From positions 8,432,001 through 8,496,000 of the forward strand of contig JBHGNT010000016.1 of the NCBI GenBank assembly GCA_043228905.1: 64,000 bases of DNA. Direction: 5' to 3'. Made by a program: the position numbers and the translations under genes. This document shows, piece after piece, positions 48,619-60,504 of the stretch (its first letter is position 1; each line of letters begins with the position of its first letter). This DNA comes from Azolla caroliniana (Eukaryota > Plantae > Polypodiophyta). Under the pieces are notes generated by a model. It saw nothing but the letters and a program-made list of their open reading frames with translations. It had not been told where the DNA came from and did not search any database.

Positions 48619-51600
48619 TATATTGGTTTGGTTCAAGATGGGGATTGTTTTACTACATGATCGGAAACTTTGTAAATTTGTTTTGGATGTAAACTCACGA
48701 ATATGTATAATTGTAACTGGTAGACATGTTGTACATTATTTTGTAATTTTGGTGATGTATTTTTGGAGGCATTTTACTTATGCCTCAAAGTGGTAGTCAT
48801 GTTGAAATTCAATATATTTTGCCACCTTTTCTGAAAAGCTTTACGCATGCGTCGTGTCTTTTTGAAAACTGCGTGCTTTTGTGCCCTTTTTCGACGTAGT
48901 GTTCTCATAATGCGACATATTACCTGTTTCAAATGACCCGGTGTTATAGGTATGCTCTTCCTTTAATCTCCAGTCTTTTAGAGCGCATTGGTGGGGCAAA
49001 ACATTTTACAAAGATTGATTTAAGGGGTGCATATAATCTTGTTCGCATTCGATCGGGAGATGAGTGGGAAACGGCATTTCGCACTCGCTATGGTCATTTC
49101 GAGTATACAGTCATGCCTTTTGGGCTCACAAATGCACCCGCAATTTTCCAACGTATGGCAAATCACATTTTCCGGGATTTTTTGGATATCTTTCTCATAA
49201 TCTATTTAGATGATCTGTTGATTTACTCTAAAACACAGGAGGAGCATGATATACATATCCGGAAAGTACTTGAACGCTTAAGAAAGTATGGTCTATATGC
49301 TAAACTTGAGAAGTGCAGTTTTGACAGCAAACAAGTCGAATTCTTAGGTTATACTATTTCATCTAAGGGTATCTTCATGGATCCAACAAAAGTCAAAACA
49401 ATATTGGAATGGCAACCCCCACGTTCTGCTCGAGACATCCAATGCTTCCTCGGATTTGCTAACTTCTATCACAAATTCATATGGAATTATTCAAAGATGG
49501 TGTTGCCTCTCACCCAACTCACCAAGAAGAATCAAGCATTTGTTTGGATTATGGAAGCGGGCACAGCCTTTACCCAGCTCAAAGAGGCATTCACATCAGC
49601 TCCTATATTAGCACATATTGATCCCGAAAAGCCATTTACCATTGAAGCTTATGCGTCAGACTTTGCATTGGGGAGTATCCTATCCCAACCAGGCAAGGAC
49701 GGGTAGTCCCATCTAGTCGCGTTTCACTCGAGAAAATTTAGTGCTGCGGAGATAAACTATGAGGTGCATAACAAGGAGTTACTAGCTATGGTTGACTCTT
49801 TCGAGCAATGGCGACATTTCTTGGAAGGATCGCCTCATCAAATCATCATTTATAGTGATCACAAAAATCTTACGTATTTTCAAACAGCTCGAGTGTTAAA
49901 TAGGAGACAAGCTTGGTGGGCACAATTTCTAACTCGTTTTGATTTCAAGATCGTTTTCCGCCATAGGAAGCAACAAGGGAAGCCAAATGCTCTATCTCGA
50001 CGTTCATATCTCGCACCTTGACCTGGAGATCCGGCCTTCGACAACCAAAAGCAAATTCTACTAGGCCCATCAAAGCTACAAGGAACAACAGTTTATGCCA
50101 CGCTGCTGGATTCACACCTTGTTGATACTATTCGGGAAACACTTCACTCTGATGATTTCGTTAAGGATGTCTCAGCCCACATTAGTCCAAGCCATGCATC
50201 GTGCTCCACAATGCCAGGTTCATCTCTGATTCAACATTATCAGGAATTCAAGTGGCAAGATGGCTTACTCTTTTACAAGAATCTCCTTTACGTCCCTGAT
50301 GGATCACCCCGCCTTCAAGTATTAGAGTATTGTCATGATGCCCCTATGACTGGACATTTTGGTATTGCCAAGACCATGGAGTTGCTGAAGTGCTCGTTTT
50401 GGTAGCCTCATTTGCAAAATTTTGTTGAAGATTATGTTCGTATGTTGTCGTGCCTTTTGGCTCGGATCGTTGCGTGAGTCGGGTGGGAACCACTAAGGTT
50501 TTGGACTAGGAGAAAGAAGAATACAATATAAGGCTAGTTATGGATGGTAGAAAGAGAAGTGAGAAATAAAACGTGGGATTCCCACGTGTTTAGTGTATGT
50601 AATCAATATTTAGATTGTAAGAAGAGAATTTTGATGATAAACTCATGAGTCCCACGAATATAGTAGGTTGATCAATCCTTATAAAATAATCAACAACCCC
50701 ATACATCTTTCTCTCCTCCTTATATACGGATGGAAGAGGCTAAGCATAGCGTCATGCTTTTTCTAAAGTGTTCATGCACACTAAATGTGCATGTGTTGCC
50801 TTTCACACTATGCTTTCATTTCCTAAATATAGTGCTCATGCTCGCTAGATGTGCATGAGTAATTTTTTATTGGTGTACATTTTTCTTATAAATAAAGTAT
50901 TCACGCATTCTAAAAATGCATGACTTACCTTTTAATAAAGGTAGGCGTAAATAAAGGTCTTATACATATTAAATCTATATTTGGAGCACTTAGGATAAGT
51001 TAGTACAATGGTAAGGTTGGGGTTTGTCTATGTGGAGCTACAGGGTTTGAATCTTGCCTTATGCACGTAATAAATATTTTATTCTATTTTACAAATTTGT
51101 CTCTTCAACCGGTGAGAGACTCTCACTAGCCTTCTTTATCCGGCTCTTGTCGGTTCTGCTTCATCCGGTTCTTCCCGGGTCCTCCTTCATCCGGTTCTCA
51201 CTGGTTCCTCCTTGTCCCATCCGGTGGGACAAAAATGTAATTTTCACGTAGTGTGCGAACTACACTACGACACTCGCCCCCTCCAAACCTGCACATCCTC
51301 CGGTATGTGCCGAAGTTCCCGATGCCTGTTGTTCGTCTTCCTCCGTAGCACTACCCAATTCCTCCCTTATATCAACTATCAATTGTAGACCACTTTCTTC
51401 GCTTTCTGCATCACCACGAGCTTTATCCAATTGCTCCTCTATGTCAGTCTTGTCTAGGGTTACATAGGGTTCTTCGTTAGTCCGCTTCTTGAAAATCTTC
51501 ACCTGTTTCCCCGCTATAGGCACCCGTAGTACTATTCCATCCAACTCGCATAGTCGGTAAATTCCGTTGTCGAAAACTTTCCGAACCTCGTATGGCCCGA

Positions 51601-52025
51601 ACCACCTTTTTGCGAACTTCCGTATCGTTGTATGTTGATGATCCAGACTACTGTCATAGAAAATCACCCAATCTCCTTCTACAATCTTTCGCGGTTGTAG
51701 TCGATGCTTTGTGTCGAATCGGCTTTTGTTCCGGAATCACGCTTCCTGTTGTCGGTGTGTTGCTTCCGCTATGTCTTTCGGTCTTCCCTCCAGTTGTCAT
51801 ATCCGGACCGCTAGTAGTTCTTCCCGGCTCATCTCTTCCTTCACAACAACACTATCCATGTCACAATTGTGGTTTCCATCAGCATTACCGGTGCTTGTCC
51901 GGTCATGAGTTCGGCCGACATAAAACCGGTCACGGAGCTATGCGTTGTCCGATCCGCCCATAGTGCATACGGGAGCATCTGCGACCAATCCTTCACCCTT
52001 CCGTCGCATGCTTTGGCAAGTGCTT

Positions 52026-52650
52026 TGATGATCGGACCATGTCCTCGTTCGATTTTCCTGTTGGCCTCCGGATTGTATGTCGTTGTTAGTGTTAACCGAA
52101 CTCCATGTTTGGTGAAGAATTCCCTAGCTTTATCAGAGTCGAGTTCTCCTCGATCCACAATCACTTGTCCTATGCACCCGTACCTGCAAAACACCTCCTC
52201 CAAAAGAAATTGGCATTTGAAGTTGATTGTCGGTGAGAATGTCATATGTAACTCATCTCGGTGTTGAACTTCGGAGTAGATTTGACACTTCTCGCAGCTT
52301 TCCGTGAACTCCGCTATATCGTTGTACATATTCTTCCGTGATGATCGGACCATGTCCTCGTTCGATTTTCCTGTTGGCCTCCGGATTGTATGTCGTTGTT
52401 AGTGTTAACCGAACTCCATGTTTGGTGAAGAATTCCCTAGCTTTATCAGAGTCGAGTTCTCCTCGATCCACAATCACTTGTCCTATGCACCCGTACCTGC
52501 AAAACACCTCCTCCAAAAGAAATTGGCATTTGAAGTTGATTGTCGGTGAGAATGTCATATGTAACTCATCTCGGTGTTGAACTTCGGAGTAGATTTGACA
52601 CTTCTCGCAGCTTTCCGTGAACTCCGCTATATCGTTGTACATATTCTTCC
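52026..52650. repeat. ~312-bp tandem duplication within the integrase
   Basis: tgatgatcggaccatgtcctcg...tacatattcttcc at 52026-52337 and 52339-52650. Confidence 0.9.
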
Positions 52651-55087
52651 ACCAATATTTTTGTTTGATTTTCACAAAAGTTGCCCATGTTCCTCGATGT
52701 CCAGCCCAATCGGATTCGTGGAACTCAGACATTATTCGATTTCGTTGCTCTTTCGTCCCGACTACCCGAAGTGGTATGCCATCCGATCTTTTCGGCTCCC
52801 TCCATATTAATCCATTTTTCAAGAAGAACTTTTGGACTTGCCTCTTCTTTCTTCGGATCTCGGCTCTCTTCTCTTTATCGTCCGATGATTCCTCAATCTC
52901 TTGTAGCACCTTCCCGATCATCAAGCTTTCTCCCTCATATTCTTCTTCTCGGAATTCTCGGATTACGTTTACTCGACATATGTGCTCTGAAGCAAAGTAG
53001 TCTTCAGAAACTTCTTCATTATCGGATTCGGCTATGTCGTCTCCGAACTAAGCCCTTGATAGAATATACGCTACCGCGTTATCTTTTCCGAAGATGTGTC
53101 GCACGTCCGGGTTAAGCGACTTAACATATGCAATCCATCTTAGCATAGCCATGTCATCCGGTATCGTGCAACATTGCATCATTCCGAGTATCGGAAGACA
53201 ATCTGTTTCGATCACTACTTCAGCTCCGATCAAATAATCTCGATCCGATTTGATTGCCGACACGACTCCCCATAATTCTCTTTTGACTTGTGCATATCCG
53301 TGTTGCCTTTCATTGAGAACCTTTGCTCCGAATCGGATCGGATATCGCAAACCATTTGAGTTGGCTTGATTGATGACCCATCCAATCCCGGTTGGACTTG
53401 TATCAACCGTTACTATGATTGGTCACTCATAGCTCGGCTTCTTAAGTGCTTCAGCCCTCTGTAGTATTTTCTTGAGCTTCTTCATGGCTTTGGTGTGTTC
53501 CGGTTTCCATTCAAACTTCTTCCGTGCATAGTGTGGAATCCATATGTGATAAAATGCACAAGCTCCAAGAAACCTTCGGACTTCGGATTGTGACTCGCAT
53601 ACTTCTTTCATAGCTTGAATCGCTTCGATCTTGGTTGGTGATGGTCTTCGGCCATAGGGCCCACATAGATGTCCGACTACCAATATCTCTTCTTGCCCGA
53701 ATGCCGATTTCTCCCCGGAAAGTGTTAGGTGCACATCTTCTAACTTTCGAAGCACTTTCTCGCAATCACGAATATGGTCGACTACGAACTTTCGGCATCC
53801 CCGATCATCCATAGTTTCATCTTTTTCTTCTACCGCGCATCCTTTCATCGGAATGTCATGTAGGAACGGCATCGTTATCTCCGAATTGCAATCTCGAAGC
53901 ACCTTGTTCATCGCGTTCATCATATGTGCAACCGAGTTTGTCGCTCCTTGTGATAGTGTGCACATTCGGACTAATCCTATCGGTGTCCGCATGGTAGTGA
54001 TGTCTCGGCTCTCCACGGCTAGTTGGAATTGGTCATACCCTGAGTATAGGTCTCCGATGGAGTATATTGCACGACCGGCAAATGCTTCCGCAAATTCGTC
54101 CACTATCGGACCGACTCCGGTCGTGACCTTGTTCACCGGTTGCAAGTTTTGGATAAATCGGATTGATCCATTCTTCTTCGGAACTGTAAACCATTGATTT
54201 GAGTACAGAGCGTTTGATGGCTCTATAATCCCCATCGCCTCCGAAGTTTCTTCCGGGTCTCATCTGTGAAGGCATGTCCGATATCCACGGACTTCCGAAG
54301 TGTCGGATCTCCCGAGACTTCTTTCCTCTTTTGGTCACTATCGGCGGGTAACGGTCCCACGGCCGGTTTCACTTTCTTCTCCACGGTCTTGTATTTCGTA
54401 CTTGCCATTGCTTCTTCTTTGCGGAGCGCATCCGGCCCCATTTCCGCAATGATCTCGTACATCTCGACCGATTCCACCGGGACTACCCGGTCTCCTTGGC
54501 TTTTATCCTCCACAAGCTCTTCAAATTGTTGTAGCGTGCTCCCATAGAACACTTCTTCGACTACCCCCACGATTTCTTCGTCTTCTTTTATTATTGATGC
54601 CGACCACAACTTATCCTCTACTTTTTGGTATTCTTTCTTCTTTCCTCCGGTTATGGCCGTGTACGTAGATGCCCCATCCAGACTGATTCGTACTTGTTTT
54701 GCTCCGAGAGTTTTCTTCCTGTGTGGGGTATCAGGGTTTCTTAGACTATCACTTCCCCACTTCGCAACAGTCCGCTCTAAATATCCATCTTTGTTTGGGA
54801 CAAGAGCTCTCTCTTGTTCCTTTCATGATTTGACGGCACAGTTAGGAATTGGACGGATTTTCCTCCGCTTTGGCTCTGAATTCGTGCAAAAGCCGCACCA
54901 CTATTGAGCACCTTTGTCTCCATCCGTGAAGCCATGATAAAGGGTTGCCCGAGGATCTGGGAATGTGAGAACTCGTCTTGTACGAAGAAATTTTGGTCGA
55001 TCTCGACATCCCCGATCTTCACCGTCACATCCGGACAAGCCGCAAATAGGTCGTCTATTGCTTTAGTGGCTGCCCGGATCTTCCATC

Positions 55088-55633
55088 TAACAATCGGCAA
55101 CGGTTCGGTTTGAGAGGGTCCAAACCGAACCGGTTTGGAACCGAACCATTTAAAAATGTTGAAACCTGAACCGAACCGAACCGAACCGTTAAACATTTTT
55201 CAAACCTTTAAACCATTAAACCGTAAAAACCGCGGTTTCGTGGTTCAGTTTCGGTTTTCAACATAGGTCAAATTTATTTTATTTTATTTTTAAATTTATA
55301 ATATTTCATTATTTAGAATTTTTAAAATTTTTAAGATGTTCCTAAAATGTGAGAATAAGAGTAAAAATGAAAAGATTGTTTAAAAACAATTTTTAAAATT
55401 TTTTAGAATTGTTTTCAAATTTTTAAATTTTGTTTTTAAAAATTAAAAAAATTAAAAATTAAAAACCGTTTAAACCGTTTAAACCGAGGTTTTTGACTGC
55501 TGAAACCAAACCGAAACCGAACCGAACCGTTAAAAAAAAACCTAAACCTGAACCGAACTGTTGAAACCGTTAAGCCGTTAAACCGCGGTTTCGCGGTTCG
55601 GTTCGGTTCAAACCGAACCGTTGCCGATTGTTA
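55088..55633. mobile_element. Non-autonomous hAT-type element (MITE-like), 546 bp, 26-bp TIRs, 8-bp TSD CTTCCATC
   Basis: TIR taacaatcggcaacggttcggtttga at both ends. cttccatc at 55080-55087 and 55634-55641. Subterminal aaccg repeats and an AT-rich core. Confidence 0.92.
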
Positions 55634-55868
55634 CTTCCATCCACGATTAATATTAATAGGCCACTTCCCCTTCCGGTAGAACTCCTTGGACATCAAGTTG
55701 ATCTCCGATCCGTGATCAATCAATGCTAGCACGGGCTCTTTGATGTTGCCGATTCGAACTGGAGTCTCCATAGTTGCACGTGCCCAATGTGGCCTTGTGT
55801 AGTGGGAGTTCGAAATTTCATCCTCCAATTTGGTGTCATTCATTAAAACGGTATTTGCATTCACCCAT

Positions 55869-56312
55869 TGTCACGTTGTTATGCGCGTGCGTGTAGAAGG
55901 GGCGGGACCACGAGGGTCTTGGACTGGGGAGTAGAGGAGAAAGAATAAGACACAAAACATAGAATAGACGGGGCAAGATGCTCAACAAGTTAGCTTAAGG
56001 AAACATAAACGCTTTACAATGGTGGCCGCCATGGCCGCACCAAACGACTATGAGAAAAACCCTAAAGGAAAACCCAAGAAGAAAACCCTCGACCTAAGTG
56101 GTATTCCTCTCTCCCTCAAAATAGGCAACCCCTTCATAAGTGACCCCTCCCTTCCTTTTATAGCCCAAGGAGGGAGGGACCTTACAATGTGGGATAAAAT
56201 TTCCCCTCTTATTTCTATACACCATTTCCTAGTATACATGTGCACATGGTGCACACCACCGATTTGCCTATTCCACCCCGGTTTCCGCCTATGGACGAAA
56301 ATCTTCATGACA
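55869..56312. mobile_element. Solo LTR, 4-bp TSD CCAT/CCGT
   Basis: TGTCA...TGACA ends. Shares the accac.agg..ttggact.ggag motif with the LTRs at 50446 and 59257. Confidence 0.75.
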
Positions 56313-57800
56313 CCGTGGAGGATTTTCTTTGTACTTTGTCTTTTCCTCTTCACGAGATCCACAAGAAGATCGTGGAACTCCTTCTTCTCTATTTCGAGTA
56401 ATTCCCGAAGCGAAAATTCTACCCAGCTATTGAGGATTCTCTCCTCGAACATGTTTTTCAGGTCCGTTTGTTGTTCGATGTCTGAGGCGAGCTTGAATGC
56501 TAGAATCGTCTTTTCTTTTCCCTTCCCTCCGGAGTTCCAGCTTTCCGGTGTCTTTGATGGTTCGGCCGCATCATCCGTGCACCGTCGTTTCTCGTCTATA
56601 TACACTTTATGCAATTGACATAAGGCATACACACTATTCTTATCAACGGGGCACTCCCATCCCGTAGCTTCACGGATGCCTTCCGCGGTGCTTCGGATCT
56701 CATTGGAGTCGGTTTTCTCAAGGTTTTCTAGCACATCCGGCCAAAAAGACGCCTTTGCTCCTGATGACTCACCCACACTTATTCCCGCGGTTGTCGTATA
56801 ATTACCTTTCGCCGCTATTTCCTCCTCTAGGACCTTCTTCATGCCGCCTTTCCGGAAGTTCGGTTGGAGTGGCTTTCGAGAGTCCATCGAATGAATCTGA
56901 TTTCCCTCGTAGTAGATAAGATCTCGTCGTAACGCCTCCTTGTGCTCGTTGCAATCCCTCTGATCATGTTTGGTGCTATCACACCATATGCATCGACGGT
57001 CCATATACTTGGAACTCATGGGACGATCTTCTGATTTCTTCACCATAACAATCTGGAGATTCTCCATAGATCCTTCAGCAATTGCTCCATCATGGTCGCA
57101 TCGATTCCCTTTTCGTTCGTAGTCTCCCAAGGTCGTGGTTGGTGATGTTCCAATCCGGGTCTTGGTCTCATGATTGGTTCCAAAATTCTCTTTTCTTCAT
57201 TATCGGGCCATTGCCCCCTATTTGTGTATCGCGCGACGATGTCCCGCACGTTTTCCCATGTATTGGTGAGGCCACTCTTGGTAGTCGTATCCTCTAGAAG
57301 TACTCGAAGATTTTTACGGTCCCGGACGTCCAGGGCTCGTAAGAACATGATCACTTTATTTGGTGCGAGGATAACTTGATCTCTCACGGACAACCTCCTG
57401 AATAGACTTTTGAATGCTGAAAACACATCAAGGACCTTCAACCCCTTGTCCTGTGTTTCCACCCAATCTTCGAATCCTCTTCGCATTGCCTTGGAGGAGT
57501 CCTTGATAGCGAACGTGGTCTTGAACGCTTCTTCAAATGCCACCCACATCGGATTTTGTTGTCGTATCCCGTGGATACTCCCTTGAAGCCCATCAATAGC
57601 CACTCGATTGAAGGATATCATTTACAATCCTTCTGGTATTCTGCACCGTAGCATCTCCACCTTGTAGTCCCGCAAATAACGTGACATATCATTCCCGTTG
57701 AATTGCCCGTCCCGTTGCACGAGTTGCTCTAGTGCCGCCGCAACCTCTGACATCGCGTGTTGTTTTTGTAGCACGTTTTTCACATCAGGTTCACCAATTA

Positions 57801-58390
57801 TGTCGTGCCTTTCGACGCTGGATCATTACGTGAGTTTGGTGGAAACCATCGAGGCTTTGGACTAGGAGGAGGAGAAGTTTAAGGCTAATAAGAATATGAA
57901 AGAGAAAGGTAGGAATCTCGTGAATTTCACGAGTATAGTGAGTTAGTATAATTAGTATTAAGAATATCAAGAAATCTACCCAAACTTTCAATAGATTGGA
58001 AGAGAGAGATAGGAAATAGTGAATCACACGAGCATAATCAATTCAATCAAATTATATTTACAAAACCCAAAATCAACAACGACCCTTTACAATTTGCTCC
58101 CCCATCCTTATATAGTGATGGGAGAGTCTAAGTTTACCACATGCAAGCATCGTGCCTTTTCTAACTATAGTGTTCATGCACACTACATGTGCATGATTAG
58201 CTTTTTATCACACCTTTTCATTTAACTCGAGTGTGTATGCATGAATAACTTTTTCTATCATGCTTATCTAGAATATTTACATGAGATAAAGTTTAGTATA
58301 ACTTTAAAACTCATAATGTGCTAGTACAATGGTAAAGCTTAAAATCGTTAATATGGAGGTACGGGGTTCAAATCTTGCCCTATGTATGTA
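57801..58390 (-). mobile_element. Internal third, diverged and truncated LTR with its own Trp-like PBS and gag copy
   Basis: tgtcgtgcctttcg at 57801, preceded by tcacatcaggttcacca. The gag N-terminus occurs twice (~56990-57790 and 58390-59220). Confidence 0.75.
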
Positions 58391-60504
58391 ACATCGACGG
58401 TTTATATACTTGGAACTTGTGGGACGGTCATCCGACTTCTTCACCATTGCGATTTTTAGATTCTCCATCTCCTTCAGCAACTGCTCCATCGTGGTTGCAT
58501 CAATTCCCTTCTTGGTTGTAGTCTCTCGAGCCCGTGGTTGATGGTCTTCTGGTCCGGATCTTGGTTTCGGAATCGATTCTGAAACCCTCTTTTCTTCGTT
58601 AGCAAGCCATTGCCCCCTCTTCGTGTATCACGCGACGATATCCCGCACGCTTTCTTATGTTTCGGCGAGGCCACTCTCAATGGTTGTGTCCTCCAAAAGC
58701 ACTCCAAGATATTTCCGGTCTCGGATGTCCACGGCTTGTAGGAACATGATCACTTTGTCTAGTGCAAGGATAGCTTGATCTCTCGCAGACAACCTCCCAA
58801 ACCGACTTTCGAATGACGAAAACACATCGAGGACCTTCATCCCCTTATCCAGTGTTTCCACCCAATCTTTGAATCCCCTCATTACCTTGGAGGAGTTCTC
58901 GATGGTGAATGTGATCTTTAGCGCCTCTTCAAACGCCTCCTATGTCAGATTTTGCTGCCGTATCCCGTGGATACTCCCTTGAAGCCCGTCGGTCGCCACC
59001 CGGTTGAAGGATGTCACTTCCAATCCTTCCGAAATCCCGCACCGTAGCATTTCCGCCTTGTAATCTCGCAAATATCGCAACACGTCTTTCCCGTTGAATT
59101 GCCTGTTCCAATGCACGAGCCACTCTACTGCCGCCACAATCTCCGACATCGCGTGTTGTTCTTGTAGCATCCGCTCAAACATCGCCATCATGTTGTTAGC
59201 CCTCGGTTGATTTTCCATATCCTAGCCACCCGGTTTCACGTCGGGTTCACCACTTGTGTCGTGCCTTTCGGCTTCGGATCGTTGCGTGAGTCGGGTGGGA
59301 ACCACTAAGGTCTCGGACTAGGAGAAAGAAGAATACAATATAAGGTTAGTTATGGATGGTAGAAAGAGAAGTAAGAAATAAAACATGGGATTCCCACGTG
59401 TTTAGTGTATTTAATCAATATTTAGATTGTAAGAAGAGAATTTTGATGATAAACTCGTGAGTCCCACGAATATATTAGATTGATCAATCCTTGTAAAATA
59501 ATCAACAACCCCATACATCTTTCTCTCCTCCTTATATAAGGATGGAAGAGGCTAGAAGCATAGCTTCATGCTTTTTCTAAAGTGTTCATGCACACTAAAT
59601 GTGCATGTGTTGCCTTTCACACTATGCTTTCATTTCCTAAATATAATGCTCATGCTCGCTAGATGTGCACGAGTAATTTTTTATTGGTGTACATTTTTCT
59701 TATAAATAAAGTATTCATGCATTCTAAAAATGCATGACTTACCTTTTAATAAAGGTAGGCGTAAATAAAGGACTTATATATATTAAATCTATATTAAGAA
59801 CACTTAGGATAAATTAGTACAATGGTAAGGTTGGGGTCTGTCTATGTGGAGGTACAGGGTTCCTATGCATGTAATAAATATTTCTTTCTATTTCACAAAT
59901 TTGTCTCTTCATCCGGTGAGAGACTCTCACCGGCCTTCTTTATCCGGTTCTGCTTGATCCGGTTCTTACCGGGTCCTCTTACCGGTTCCTCCTTCATCCG
60001 GTTCTCACTGGTTCTCCTTACCGGTTCCTCCTTGTCCCATCCAGTGGGACAAAAATGTAATTTTCACGTAGTGTGCGAATTACACTCCAACAACGTGTGA
60101 CACCTGTTGTCGAGCCAAAATACCCAGGCATCATCCTTATGGCTTGTTACAACCATTACAGCCTCCAACCAAGCCACGACAGTCTATTTCTATGAATTTC
60201 ATTACAGATCTGCCACCTTCACAAGGATTTGATACTATTTTAATAGTAGTGGATCGGTTTACTAAGATGATACATTTTTTACCATGTGTAAAGAGCATCA
60301 GTAGTCATGAAACCGCATATATCGTTATGTGTGAAGTATTTCGCCATCATGGTCTTCCAGACGATATAATTATTGATCGTGGTGCTCAATTTAACTCTCA
60401 CTTTTGGAAGGACCTATGGGCAAGCCTCAAAATATCCTGCAAACTCTCTTCGGCTTATCATCCACAAACCGACGGACATTTTGCTCACTATTACAATAAA
60501 TATG

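Larger units (their letters stand above)
41247..48945. mobile_element. Autonomous-looking cut-and-paste DNA transposon (Sola-like), 7,699 bp, 33-bp perfect TIRs, 4-bp TSD ATAG
   Basis: TIR aacaccgggtcatttgaaacaggtaatatgtcg at 41247-41279 and its reverse complement at 48913-48945. atag at 41243-41246 and 48946-48949. The empty site cataagaaataggtatgctc is present in the pol copies at ~60665 and ~62741. Confidence 0.95.
50446..60092 (-). mobile_element. Non-chromoviral Gypsy element nested in the integrase; LTRs 59257-60092 (5') and 50446-51272 (3'), tRNA-Trp PBS, 4-bp TSD ACGT/ATGT
   Basis: Highly similar TGTCG...CA LTRs. PBS tggtgaacccgacgtga (reverse, 59236-59252) and PPT ggagggggcgag next to 51272. 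Gag, PR (ALIDHGSEIN), RT, RH and INT (YNPEANRKIER, WFGPY) remnants. Confidence 0.9.

Noticed and set aside
30096-48945. Functional link between the MBD gene and the nearby methyltransferase transposon
   Set aside because: The transposon is a nested insertion ~8 kb away inside unrelated repeats, so proximity is most simply chance.
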